From: Ruminococcus sp.
Lineage (GTDB): Bacteria > Bacillota > Clostridia > Oscillospirales > Ruminococcaceae
DNA length: 58,938 nucleotides
Assembly: GCA_015066905.1 (NCBI GenBank)
Contig: SVNN01000001.1
Coordinates: 1-58,938 of the forward strand
Direction of reading: 5' to 3'
This document shows, one piece after another, positions 1-8,314 of this stretch. Numbering within the stretch: position 1 is the stretch's first letter; the number at the start of each line of letters is the position of its first letter. The notes beneath the pieces were generated by a model. That model made no database searches, was not told where the DNA came from, and worked only from the letters and a program-made list of their open reading frames with translations. The translations under genes were made by a program, and so were the position numbers.

Positions 1-1211
1 TCGACAGGGATCGAGTTCTCGTCCATCTGCGACAGCTTGATGATGTCGCCGACAAGGGTGATGAGCCGCTGTGCCTCGTCATAGATCTTGGTTGCAAAAC
101 GGGAGATATCCTCCTCGCGCACCATGCCGCTCTTGATGATCTCCGCAAAGCCTGAGATCGAGGTGAGCGGCGTTTTCAGCTCATGCGATACGTTCGCTGT
201 GAATTCGCGGCGGAGCTGTTCGCGCTGTTCCTTTTCGGTTTCGTCGAGCAGCATCAGCACCGCGCCGATGACCTCTTCCTCCTGTGTGACAGGATTGGCG
301 AACAGACGGTAATGCCGTCCGTGGTTGAGCAGGGTGATCTCGTTGTGCTTGCCGTCGAGTGCCTGGCGGACAGCACTCCGCACGGGCGCATTGCCGCGGA
401 TTGTCAGCAGATTCAGTCCGTTGATCGGCGCTTCTGCCTTGAGCAGATGGAGCGCACTGCTGTTGTAAGACAGCAGATTCCCCTGACTGTCGATGATCAG
501 GAAGCCCTCCTGCATATTGTCGGTGATCGAGGAGAATTCCTGCTGCTTGCGCCGCAGCTCGCTGATCTGTGCGCTGATCTGGCGGTTCTGGATGGACAGC
601 CGCGCCACCAGCGGTTTCAGTTCGGGATAGACCGAATCCTTGTTCGGCTGTTCGAGATCCAGATTGTTGACCGGGCGGACGATGTTTTCAGAGAGCGAGC
701 CTGCGAGTGCCGCCGACATACAGACCGCAGCAAGAAACACCAGCAGAAGCGGCTGGAACATACCGAGTAGCAGAGCGAGGATGCTGATATGGCTGCGTGA
801 CAGACGGATGACAGAGTGGTCTGCCAGTTTCATCGCACAGTAGATTGTGCGCTCAGAATTTGTTTCCGAATATCGCACCGCGGTGCCGATCCCGTTTTCC
901 GCAGCGAGGCGGAATTCCTCACGGCCGGCATGGTTTTCCAGTGCGGCGGCATCTGTTTCGCTGTCATACAGCACTGTTCCGTCGGCTTGAATCAGCGTGA
1001 TTCTCGTTTCTGCATCCGTCTGACCGACCGTTTCCAGATAGCCGGTGCCGCCTGCTTCCGTGCCTGCAGCGATATAGGCAGTGTCTTCGCGCAGACGGGA
1101 AAGCTCACGGTCGGAGAAGTGCTGGTAGAGGATTGCGGTGATGACTGTGAGCGCGATTGTCAGAACGGCAACCGCAACAAAGAAGATGGAACGGAAAATT
1201 CGTTTGGTCAT
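1..1211 (-). CDS. phoR: PhoR-like sensor histidine kinase (3' end runs off the window)
   Basis: Read manually on the minus strand from ATG 1211 (MTKRIFRSIFFVAVAVL...). Two TM segments, a PAS-like region and H-box EFTANVSHELKTPLTSISGFAE. Directly downstream of the response regulator; absent from the ORF track. Confidence 0.85.
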   Translation of the reverse strand, partial: MTKRIFRSIFFVAVAVLTIALTVITAILYQHFSDRELSRLREDTAYIAAGTEAGGTGYLETVGQTDAETRITLIQADGTVLYDSETDAAALENHAGREEFRLAAENGIGTAVRYSETNSERTIYCAMKLADHSVIRLSRSHISILALLLGMFQPLLLVFLAAVCMSAALAGSLSENIVRPVNNLDLEQPNKDSVYPELKPLVARLSIQNRQISAQISELRRKQQEFSSITDNMQEGFLIIDSQGNLLSYNSSALHLLKAEAPINGLNLLTIRGNAPVRSAVRQALDGKHNEITLLNHGRHYRLFANPVTQEEEVIGAVLMLLDETEKEQREQLRREFTANVSHELKTPLTSISGFAEIIKSGMVREEDISRFATKIYDEAQRLITLVGDIIKLSQMDENSIPV

Positions 1212-1224
1212 AAGCGTGTGAATC

Positions 1225-1899
1225 CTATTCTGCGGACGCGCGGTAGCCGATGCCGCGCACGGTTTCAATCAGATCGCCGCAGACACCGAGCTTCTGACGA
1301 AGAGAACGGATGTGAACATCCACCGTGCGGCTTTCCCCGTCAAAGGAATAGCCCCACACGCGGTTGAGCAGCTGATCCCGCGTCAGCACGACGCCGGCGT
1401 TTTCCAGCAATACGCACAGCAGTTCAAATTCCTTCAGCGTGAGGGTGATGTTCTCTTCGCCCACGCGGACAAGGTGCTTGGCAGGGCAGACATAAAGAGA
1501 GCGTATCGTGAAATCCTCCAGCGACTTTTTCTCGCGCTCCGCTCTGCGGAGCAGGGCGCGTACACGCGCGAGCAGCTCCATCATGCCGAACGGCTTGGGC
1601 ACATAGTCGTCTGCGCCGCAGTCGAGCCCCAGCACGGTGTCATATTCGCTTCCCTTTGCGGTGAGCATCAGCACAGGCAGCTGCTTGGTGGCAGGCTGTG
1701 CGCGGAGCTTTTTCAGGATCTGAAGCCCGTCCTCCTCGGGGAGCATGATGTCCAGCAGCAGAAGATCCGGAATCTGCTGTTCCATTGCTTTCCAGAATGC
1801 AGAGGGACGGTCAAAGCCGACTGCTTCCATGTCGGAGTTGTTGAATGTATAGGTGACGAGTTCCCGGATGCTGTCGTCATCCTCCAGTAAATAGATCAT
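1225..1899 (-). CDS. phoP: OmpR/PhoB-family response regulator
   Basis: REC domain (LLEDD, LLDIMLP, KPF) plus winged helix (RTVDVHIRSLRQKL, ETVRGIGY). Confidence 0.88.
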   Translation of the reverse strand: MIYLLEDDDSIRELVTYTFNNSDMEAVGFDRPSAFWKAMEQQIPDLLLLDIMLPEEDGLQILKKLRAQPATKQLPVLMLTAKGSEYDTVLGLDCGADDYVPKPFGMMELLARVRALLRRAEREKKSLEDFTIRSLYVCPAKHLVRVGEENITLTLKEFELLCVLLENAGVVLTRDQLLNRVWGYSFDGESRTVDVHIRSLRQKLGVCGDLIETVRGIGYRASAE

Positions 1900-1945
1900 G
1901 CCGATTTCTCCTTTGTCTGTCCGATTTTTCGGGCATTCCTATATA

Positions 1946-2010
1946 AGTATACCGCTTCTTTTTGTAAAATGCAAGCGGAAGTTGCATTTTCGCCGCCGCC
2001 GTGGTACAAT
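1946..2010. promoter_or_regulatory. Back-to-back sigma-A promoters for the response regulator (-) and ymdB (+)
   Basis: Minus: TTGCAT(1974-1969)-17-TATACT(1951-1946). Plus: TTGCAT(1982)-17-TACAAT(2005) with TGn extension. Confidence 0.6.
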
Positions 2011-2062
2011 AAAACAACAGACGGGGAAATGCGCCCCGAACCGAGCAAGGAGAGGACAGAAT

Positions 2063-2830
2063 ATGAATTTATTGTTTATCGGCGATGTGGTCGGCGGCGT
2101 CGGCAGTCACTATGTGGAAAAGGTGCTGCCTGCGCTCAAACGCGAGTTTGCGATCGACGTCACCGTCATCAACGGGGAGAATTCCGCGCAGGGCAACGGC
2201 ATCACGCGCCATTCCGCTGACCAGCTGCTTTACGCAGGCGCGGATCTTCTGACAACGGGAAATCATGCCTTCCGCCGCCGTGATTCGGTTTCGATCTTTG
2301 AACAGGAGAATATCCTGCGTCCTGCCAATTATCCTGCGGGCTGTATCGGCCACGGCGTTTCGGTCATCGACCTCGGAAAATGCCGTGTAGCGGTGGTGAA
2401 CCTGATGGGTACAGTCTATCTGGAGGCGCTGGATAATCCCTATTCCGTGATGGACGCGCTGCTGGAAGAGATCGACACACCGAATATTCTGGTGGATTTT
2501 CATGCGGAGGCGACCGCCGAGAAAAAGGCGATGGGCTACTACCTTGCGGGCAAGGTCACGGCGCTGGTCGGCACACACACCCATGTCCAGACCGCGGATG
2601 AGGAGATCATCGACGGCCACACGGGCTATATCACCGACGTGGGTATGACAGGTCCTGCGCGTTCTGTGCTGGGGGTTGCGGTACAGCCTGCGGTGGATAA
2701 GCAGCGGTTTCACTTCCCTGTGCAGTTTACCGAGGCGGATTCACCCTGTATGCTGAACGCGGTTGTAATCAGTTTTGATCCGGCGTCGGGAAGATGCACA
2801 AATATTCAGCGGATAAATAGGAAAGAATAG
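2063..2830 (+). CDS. ymdB: YmdB/TIGR00282-family metallophosphoesterase
   Basis: MNLLFIGDVVG, NGEN, TTGNH, DFHAEAT, GTHTH, TDVGMTG motifs; RBS before ATG 2063; upstream of spoVS as in Bacillus. Confidence 0.92.
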   Translation: MNLLFIGDVVGGVGSHYVEKVLPALKREFAIDVTVINGENSAQGNGITRHSADQLLYAGADLLTTGNHAFRRRDSVSIFEQENILRPANYPAGCIGHGVSVIDLGKCRVAVVNLMGTVYLEALDNPYSVMDALLEEIDTPNILVDFHAEATAEKKAMGYYLAGKVTALVGTHTHVQTADEEIIDGHTGYITDVGMTGPARSVLGVAVQPAVDKQRFHFPVQFTEADSPCMLNAVVISFDPASGRCTNIQRINRKE

Positions 2831-2849
2831 ACGAAAATTGTAAAAATAC

Positions 2850-2878
2850 TTGCAATTGCATGCGGATTGCGCTATAAT
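2850..2878 (+). promoter_or_regulatory. Sigma-A promoter of spoVS
   Basis: TTGCAA-17-TATAAT. Confidence 0.6.
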
Positions 2879-2954
2879 ATATAATAGATTGGGGGATTAT
2901 AGCAACAAGTAACGCACCACCAAAGACACAATCTTTTTGAGGAGGCCAACCATC

Positions 2955-3215
2955 ATGGAAGTATTGAAAGTATCCGCAAAATCCGTTCCCAATTCCGTTG
3001 CCGGTGCAATTGCCGGTGTAATCCGCGAACAGAAATCCGTTGAGGTGCAGGCGGTCGGCGCCGGCGCGTGCAATCAGGCAGTCAAAGCAATTGCCGTTGC
3101 CAGAGGCTACCTTGCCCCCATTGGCATCAACCTGATTTGTATTCCTGCTTTTGCAAATATTGAGATCGACGGGGAAGAACGCACCGCGATCAAGCTCATC
3201 TGCGAGCAGAGATAA
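2955..3215 (+). CDS. spoVS: Stage V sporulation protein S
   Basis: MEVLKVSAKSVPNSVAGAIAG...QAVGAGACNQAVKAIAVARG; RBS GAGGAGG. Confidence 0.95.
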   Translation: MEVLKVSAKSVPNSVAGAIAGVIREQKSVEVQAVGAGACNQAVKAIAVARGYLAPIGINLICIPAFANIEIDGEERTAIKLICEQR

Positions 3216-3245
3216 TCCGATCATTCCAAGATTTACACAAATCCG

Positions 3246-3274
3246 GGCGGTGCCACAGCATGCACCGCCTTTTT
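3246..3274 (+). terminator. Intrinsic terminator after spoVS
   Basis: GGCGGTGC/GCACCGCC stem followed by TTTTT. Confidence 0.75.
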
Positions 3275-3310
3275 GCATTCTGATCAAACATCCCGGGGAG
3301 GAGTGATTCT

Positions 3311-3694
3311 ATGACATTATACCGTCCTGTCGGCGAAGTGGAATATCGCCAGATTGTCGCATCCGGAAACCGTCGTTTTCCGCCGCGCGGCGAACAGCAG
3401 CCCATCTTTCACCTGATTCTGCAGCAGAGCTTCGCAGAAGAGATCGCGCAGGCATGGTGGGAGCAGGAGATCTGTCACATTGTCTGCTGCTATATCGACG
3501 ACGCATATATCAGCGCGTTTCCTGTCCAGAATGTCGGCGACAAACACCGCCGCGAGCTGTGGCTCCCCTCAGAGGAGGTGCCGATCTTCAACGACCATAT
3601 TCTCGGTGAGATCACGCTGGTCAAGACGATCCGCCCCGAAAAACGGGATCTGCATGAACAGAGCACACAACCGCGGAAAGCCGCGTTCGTATAA
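3311..3694 (+). CDS. Small conserved protein of the family usually labelled ADP-ribosylation/Crystallin J1; function unknown
   Basis: LYRPVG...FPPR..QPIF and VG..H.ELW.P.E....FN..I.G.I motifs; strong RBS GGGGAGG. Confidence 0.65.
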   Translation: MTLYRPVGEVEYRQIVASGNRRFPPRGEQQPIFHLILQQSFAEEIAQAWWEQEICHIVCCYIDDAYISAFPVQNVGDKHRRELWLPSEEVPIFNDHILGEITLVKTIRPEKRDLHEQSTQPRKAAFV

Positions 3695-3705
3695 ACTCCA
3701 TCCGG

Positions 3706-3741
3706 AAAACGGGATGCAGGGGACACCTGTGTCCCGTTTTT
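3706..3741 (+). terminator. Intrinsic terminator
   Basis: AAAACGGGATGCAGG/CCTGTGTCCCGTTTT stem plus T-run. Confidence 0.75.
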
Positions 3742-3749
3742 CTTTTGTC

Positions 3750-3778
3750 TTGAAAAACGGTGCGTGTTGGTGTATAAT
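3750..3778 (+). promoter_or_regulatory. Sigma-A promoter of recG
   Basis: TTGAAA-17-TATAAT. Confidence 0.6.
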
Positions 3779-3809
3779 AGATCACAGCAACAAAAGGAGG
3801 TTTTTGCCC

Positions 3810-5852
3810 ATGACAACCCTGTTTCAGCCGATTTCCGCACTCCGCGGCGTGGGCGAAAAGCGCGCGCAGGCATATGCACGGCTCGGGATCACATCTGCGT
3901 ATGATCTGCTTTACCACCTTCCGCGCACCTATCTCGACTTCCGTAATCCTGTTCCTGTTTTGCAGTCGCCGATCGACGCGCCCTGTGTGCTGTCGGGCGT
4001 GATCGTAAAGAAAATGCGCGAACAGCGGATCCGCAAGGGGCTGACGGTCTATAAAGCGGTCGCAACTGACGGCGAGGCGGATTTCACGGTCGTGATCTAT
4101 AACAATTACTACGCGTTTGACGCGCTCAGAGAGGGCGTGGAATACCGCTTTTACGGCAAGGTCACAGGCAGTTTGCTGCGCCGTGAGATTGCATCGCCGC
4201 ACATTCTCCGTGCGGACGCGCCTGTGCTGATGCAGCCGGTCTATCCGCTGACGACAGGTCTGACGAATGCGATGGTGATGACCAACCTCCGCGAGGCGCT
4301 TCAGATCCTCTCTCGCGAGCCATTTGAATCGCTGCCTGATTCTGTCCGTGCGCAATATCACCTGATTTCGCTCAGCGAGGCGATCTGCGAACTGCACTGT
4401 CCGACCTCGGAGGAAAATCTGTCTGCGGCAAAGCGGAGAATGGCGTTTGATGAGCTGCTGCATCTGCAGCTGGGTATGCTCATGCTCCGCGGCCGCAACC
4501 GCACCGAAACCGCGTATCAGATGAATCCGCAGACGGAGCTTGCACCGTTTCTGTCCGCTCTGCCGTTTGAGATGACGAACGCGCAGAAGCATGCGGTGGA
4601 GGAGATCGCACAGGATCTTTGCAGTGCATTGCCGATGAACCGTCTGCTGCAGGGCGATGTGGGAAGCGGTAAAACTGCCGTTGCCGCCGCTGCCTGCTAT
4701 TTCTGTGCAAAGAACGGATATCAGAGTGCGCTGATGGCGCCGACGGAGATCCTTGCCGCGCAGCATCACCATACGCTGACGGGATTTCTTTCGCCGCTCG
4801 GACTCCGCGTGGAGCTGCTGACAGGCTCACTCACCGCAAAGCAGAAGCGCGTGATCAAGGAATCCCTTGCGGCAGGGGAGATTGATGTGCTGGTCGGCAC
4901 ACACGCGATGATTCAGAAGGATACGGTTTTTTCCGCCCTCGGACTTGTCATTACGGACGAACAGCACCGATTCGGTGTTGCACAGCGTGCTGCACTTGCA
5001 GAAAAGGGCGGCACACCGCACAAGCTGGTCATGTCCGCAACGCCGATTCCGCGCACCCTCGCGCTCATCATCTATGGTGATCTGGATGTATCGATCATCA
5101 ATGAATTGCCCAAGGGCAGACTGCCGATTCAGACCTATGCGGTGACAGGAAAACTTCGCGAACGTGCGTTCGGTTTTCTGAAACAGCGGCTGGATGCCGG
5201 CGAGCAGGTGTATATCGTCTGTCCGATGATCGAGGACAGCGAGAGCGATCTCACCGCCGTGACGAGCTATGCGGAGAATCTGAAAAACGGTGCGTTTGCC
5301 GATTACACGGTCGGACTGCTGCACGGCAAGATGAAGCCTGCGGAGAAGGACGATATCATGGAAAGATTCAAAGCAAACGAGGTGCAGCTTCTTGTTTGTA
5401 CGACGGTTGTGGAGGTCGGTGTGGATGTGCCGAACGCAACGGTGATGCTGATTGAAAACGCGGAGCGGTTCGGTCTTTCACAGCTCCATCAGCTGCGCGG
5501 GCGCGTCGGGCGCGGACAGACGCAGAGCCACTGTATCCTCATGACCGACAAGGTTACTGAGGAGGGCAAAAGCCGCCTGAAAATCATGAGCAGTACGACG
5601 GATGGCTTTCAAATTGCGGAGGAGGACTTAAAACTCCGCGGACCGGGCGATTTCTTCGGGCGTGCCCAGCACGGTCTGCCGCCTGTGCATCTTGCAGAGC
5701 TGTCTGGTGATATGAATCTTGTGCATGATACAGGCGTATGTGCCAAGGAGCTTCTCGCAAAGGATCCCGAACTCCGTCTGCCGATCCATCACGCACTCCG
5801 TACAGAGGTCATTCGTCTTTATGCGAAAAACGGAGAAAACGGGTTGAATTGA
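3810..5852 (+). CDS. recG: ATP-dependent DNA helicase RecG
   Basis: QGDVGSGKT, DEQH, SATPIPRTL, QLHQLRGRVGR, EEDLKLRGPG; RBS AAGGAGG before ATG 3810. Confidence 0.96.
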   Translation: MTTLFQPISALRGVGEKRAQAYARLGITSAYDLLYHLPRTYLDFRNPVPVLQSPIDAPCVLSGVIVKKMREQRIRKGLTVYKAVATDGEADFTVVIYNNYYAFDALREGVEYRFYGKVTGSLLRREIASPHILRADAPVLMQPVYPLTTGLTNAMVMTNLREALQILSREPFESLPDSVRAQYHLISLSEAICELHCPTSEENLSAAKRRMAFDELLHLQLGMLMLRGRNRTETAYQMNPQTELAPFLSALPFEMTNAQKHAVEEIAQDLCSALPMNRLLQGDVGSGKTAVAAAACYFCAKNGYQSALMAPTEILAAQHHHTLTGFLSPLGLRVELLTGSLTAKQKRVIKESLAAGEIDVLVGTHAMIQKDTVFSALGLVITDEQHRFGVAQRAALAEKGGTPHKLVMSATPIPRTLALIIYGDLDVSIINELPKGRLPIQTYAVTGKLRERAFGFLKQRLDAGEQVYIVCPMIEDSESDLTAVTSYAENLKNGAFADYTVGLLHGKMKPAEKDDIMERFKANEVQLLVCTTVVEVGVDVPNATVMLIENAERFGLSQLHQLRGRVGRGQTQSHCILMTDKVTEEGKSRLKIMSSTTDGFQIAEEDLKLRGPGDFFGRAQHGLPPVHLAELSGDMNLVHDTGVCAKELLAKDPELRLPIHHALRTEVIRLYAKNGENGLN

Positions 5853-5935
5853 TGTGTGATTCACATAAAATTACGATGTAATTGTTGAATTTTCAAAACT
5901 GTTTCTACAAAACGAAAAAAATTCTTGAAAAGGAC

Positions 5936-5964
5936 TTGACTTTTTTCGAAGAATCGTGTAGAAT
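5936..5964 (+). promoter_or_regulatory. Sigma-A promoter of tRNA operon
   Basis: TTGACT-17-TAGAAT with AT-rich upstream tracts. Confidence 0.7.
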
Positions 5965-6005
5965 AATATAGTCGTCGGAAGCGGCGAGGCGAAAAGCCGG
6001 TCGAT

Positions 6006-6081
6006 GGGAGTTTAGCTCAGCTGGGAGAGCATCTGCCTTACAAGCAGAGGGTCACAGGTTCGAGCCCTGTAACTCCCACCA
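6006..6081 (+). tRNA. tRNA-Val(TAC)
   Basis: Cloverleaf with GGGAGTT/AACTCCC acceptor, anticodon TAC, GTTCGA, encoded CCA. Confidence 0.96.
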
Positions 6082-6085
6082 CACT

Positions 6086-6162
6086 GGCCTGGTAGTTCAG
6101 TTGGTTAGAACGCCGCCCTGTCACGGCGGAGGTCGTGGGTTCGAGTCCCATCCAGGTCGCCA
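6086..6162 (+). tRNA. tRNA-Asp(GTC)
   Basis: Cloverleaf, anticodon loop CTGTCAC, encoded CCA. Confidence 0.96.
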
Positions 6163-6167
6163 TTTAT

Positions 6168-6243
6168 GCCTCTGTAGCTCAGTCGGTAGAGCAGGGGACT
6201 GAAAATCCCCGTGTCATTGGTTCGATTCCGATCGGAGGCACCA
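6168..6243 (+). tRNA. tRNA-Phe(GAA)
   Basis: Cloverleaf, anticodon loop CTGAAAA, encoded CCA. Confidence 0.96.
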
Positions 6244-6317
6244 CCAAAGAATATGTTGAATGTCATCATTTGCTGACTGCCTGACTCCTTAGAGTCTGCT
6301 TCATATTCTTTTTATAC

Positions 6318-6393
6318 GCGGATTTAGCTCATCTGGTAGAGCGCCACCTTGCCAAGGTGGAGGTAGCGAGTTCGAGCCTCGTAATCCGCTCCA
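6318..6393 (+). tRNA. tRNA-Gly(GCC)
   Basis: Cloverleaf, anticodon loop TTGCCAA, ends TCCA. Confidence 0.96.
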
Positions 6394-6424
6394 ATTTGTG
6401 TTGGGGAAATATTCTCAGCATATG

Positions 6425-6456
6425 AAAAAATCCTGAGGCTTCACTCAGGATTTTTT
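6425..6456 (+). terminator. Terminator of tRNA operon (bidirectional form)
   Basis: AAAAAATCCTGAG/CTCAGGATTTTTT. Confidence 0.8.
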
Positions 6457-6474
6457 CGTTTTAAACGAAAATCA

Positions 6475-6503
6475 AACCGCTCCGACCGTATATCGGAGCG
6501 GTT
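6475..6503 (-). terminator. Likely terminator of the convergent membrane-protein gene
   Basis: AACCGCTCCGA/TCGGAGCGGTT stem just beyond the stop at 6509. Confidence 0.65.
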
Positions 6504-6508
6504 GCGTT

Positions 6509-7024
6509 TTATTCATAAGGGAAAGACACATCTGAAAAGAGCGCGCTATTGGTGTTTCGGCTGACGGTCTCATAATAGCTTGTCAGCGCTGCCTGATAGG
6601 TTTCACCGTCGCGCCGGAATGAGATGATAAAAGCAAAGCGCTTTGACGAATCCCCTTGTTCGTCGGGATACGGCACGCATTTATACTCCGCTTCCGTCTC
6701 ATTCGCATATTCCGTAACAATCTCACCGAAAAAGCAGGTTTCCATAAAATCCACAGGATCATCCACCGTAAAACGGAACAGATCATGCGCGTCGGGCGCG
6801 ATGCTCACCTGCCAGTGCCGCTGCGGTGTCACACCGCTGAGGTCCATGTTATATTCCGTTTCGAGCGCCGCGATGTATGCTGCATCAAAATCCCGCACAT
6901 CCACAGGGATCAGCGCCTTGTAATATATAAACAGCAATCCGCCGAACAAAACCAGCGGCGCCAGGACGCAGATCAGGATCTTTTTCACTTTCTTTTTTTG
7001 GAACATTTGTTCTTCTGTCGGCAT
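6509..7024 (-). CDS. Hypothetical single-pass membrane protein
   Basis: RBS AAGGAGG best spaced to ATG 7024; basic N-terminus, TM ILICVLAPLVLFGGLLFIYY, acidic ectodomain. Confidence 0.7.
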   Translation of the reverse strand: MPTEEQMFQKKKVKKILICVLAPLVLFGGLLFIYYKALIPVDVRDFDAAYIAALETEYNMDLSGVTPQRHWQVSIAPDAHDLFRFTVDDPVDFMETCFFGEIVTEYANETEAEYKCVPYPDEQGDSSKRFAFIISFRRDGETYQAALTSYYETVSRNTNSALFSDVSFPYE

Positions 7025-7167
7025 AAACATCCCTCCTTTTTACTGATATATACCACCTTTTATGCGAAAAATCCTTGTTTGAACAGCGGTTCTTTCATAA
7101 TCTCGTACAAATATTTCATATCATATTGCCACGCTTTGATTGAATTGCCGAAAGACGTGCAAAACGA

Positions 7168-7197
7168 TTGACAATGCGCCCCAAATCATGGTATAAT
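7168..7197 (+). promoter_or_regulatory. Sigma-A promoter of asnA-glnA
   Basis: TTGACA-18-TATAAT with TGn extension. Confidence 0.7.
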
Positions 7198-7206
7198 GCA
7201 GTGTAG

Positions 7207-7253
7207 ACAGCAATGGCGCTGTGGACTGTTCATTGGGTCCACAGTGCCTTTTT
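7207..7253 (+). promoter_or_regulatory. Leader terminator overlapped by ANTAR-type hexaloop hairpin
   Basis: ACAGC-AATGGC-GCTGT overlaps the 5' arm of GGCGCTGTGGAC/GTCCACAGTGCC-TTTTT. Confidence 0.65.
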
Positions 7254-7280
7254 GCATATAGGGAAAGGCAGGTTCAATTT

Positions 7281-8288
7281 ATGAGCAAACAGTATATCCC
7301 GCAGGGCTATCACGCAAAGCTTTCGCTGTATAAAACACAGCTTGCAATCGGTGCAATCAAGCGCACCTTTGAGGACGCGCTGGCGGATGCGCTGAATTTA
7401 CAGCGTGTGACTGCGCCGCTTTTTGTGTCCCCCACAACCGGTCTGAACGATGACCTCAACGGCGTGGAGCGTGCGGTACAGTTTGATATTCCTGAGATCG
7501 GCGGCGACGCACAGATCGTCCACTCGCTCGCAAAGTGGAAGCGTATGGCACTGTATCAGTACGGGTTCCCCGTCGGCAAGGGTCTTTACACCGATATGAA
7601 CGCAGTGCGCCGCGATGAGGAGCTGGATAACCTCCACTCGGTCTATGTCGATCAGTGGGACTGGGAAAAGGTCATCACCAAGGAAGACCGCACAGAGGCA
7701 TATCTGAAGGAAACGGTGCAGAAGATCGTTTCGGCAATCTGCAAGACGCTGGCGCGTATGAAGGTGCGCTACTCCGAGATCAATCTGGATCTGCGCGAGG
7801 ACGTCGTCTTTGTTACCACGCAGGAGCTGGAGGATCTTTATCCCGACCTTACCCCCAAGGAGCGCGAGGATGCCTTTGTCAAGGAGCATAAGACCGTGTT
7901 CATCATGCAGATCGGTGACACGCTCCGTTCCGGCAAGAAGCATGACGGACGTGCGCCTGACTATGATGACTGGACGCTCAACGGCGACCTGATGTTCTGG
8001 AATGACATTCTTGACCGCGCAATTGAGATCTCTTCGATGGGAATCCGTGTGGATGCCGAGGCGCTGGACAGACAGCTCACCAAGGCGGGCTGCGATGACA
8101 GAAGATCCCTCCCGTTCCACAAGATGCTGCTGGACGGCACACTGCCGCTGACCATCGGCGGCGGAATCGGACAGTCCCGTCTGTGTATGCTGATCCTGCA
8201 GGCGGCGCACATCGGTGAGGTACAGACCTCCCTCTGGGACGAAGAAACCCATCGCGTATGCGGCGAAGCAGGCATCCGTCTGCTCTGA
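7281..8288 (+). CDS. asnA: Aspartate--ammonia ligase
   Basis: VHSLAKWKR, YVDQWDWEKVI, RAPDYDDW, TIGGGIGQSR. Confidence 0.96.
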   Translation: MSKQYIPQGYHAKLSLYKTQLAIGAIKRTFEDALADALNLQRVTAPLFVSPTTGLNDDLNGVERAVQFDIPEIGGDAQIVHSLAKWKRMALYQYGFPVGKGLYTDMNAVRRDEELDNLHSVYVDQWDWEKVITKEDRTEAYLKETVQKIVSAICKTLARMKVRYSEINLDLREDVVFVTTQELEDLYPDLTPKEREDAFVKEHKTVFIMQIGDTLRSGKKHDGRAPDYDDWTLNGDLMFWNDILDRAIEISSMGIRVDAEALDRQLTKAGCDDRRSLPFHKMLLDGTLPLTIGGGIGQSRLCMLILQAAHIGEVQTSLWDEETHRVCGEAGIRLL

Positions 8289-8314
8289 TTCGCGCGGAAA
8301 GGGGAGTTTAGAGT

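Noticed and set aside
183-1367. Plus-strand ORFs at the left edge
   Set aside because: They are shadows of the minus-strand histidine kinase, which the track missed because its stop lies outside the window.
6006-6393. tRNA-targeted genomic island (also checked at 41860-42064)
   Set aside because: No integrase and no duplicated tRNA 3' end are visible in the window.
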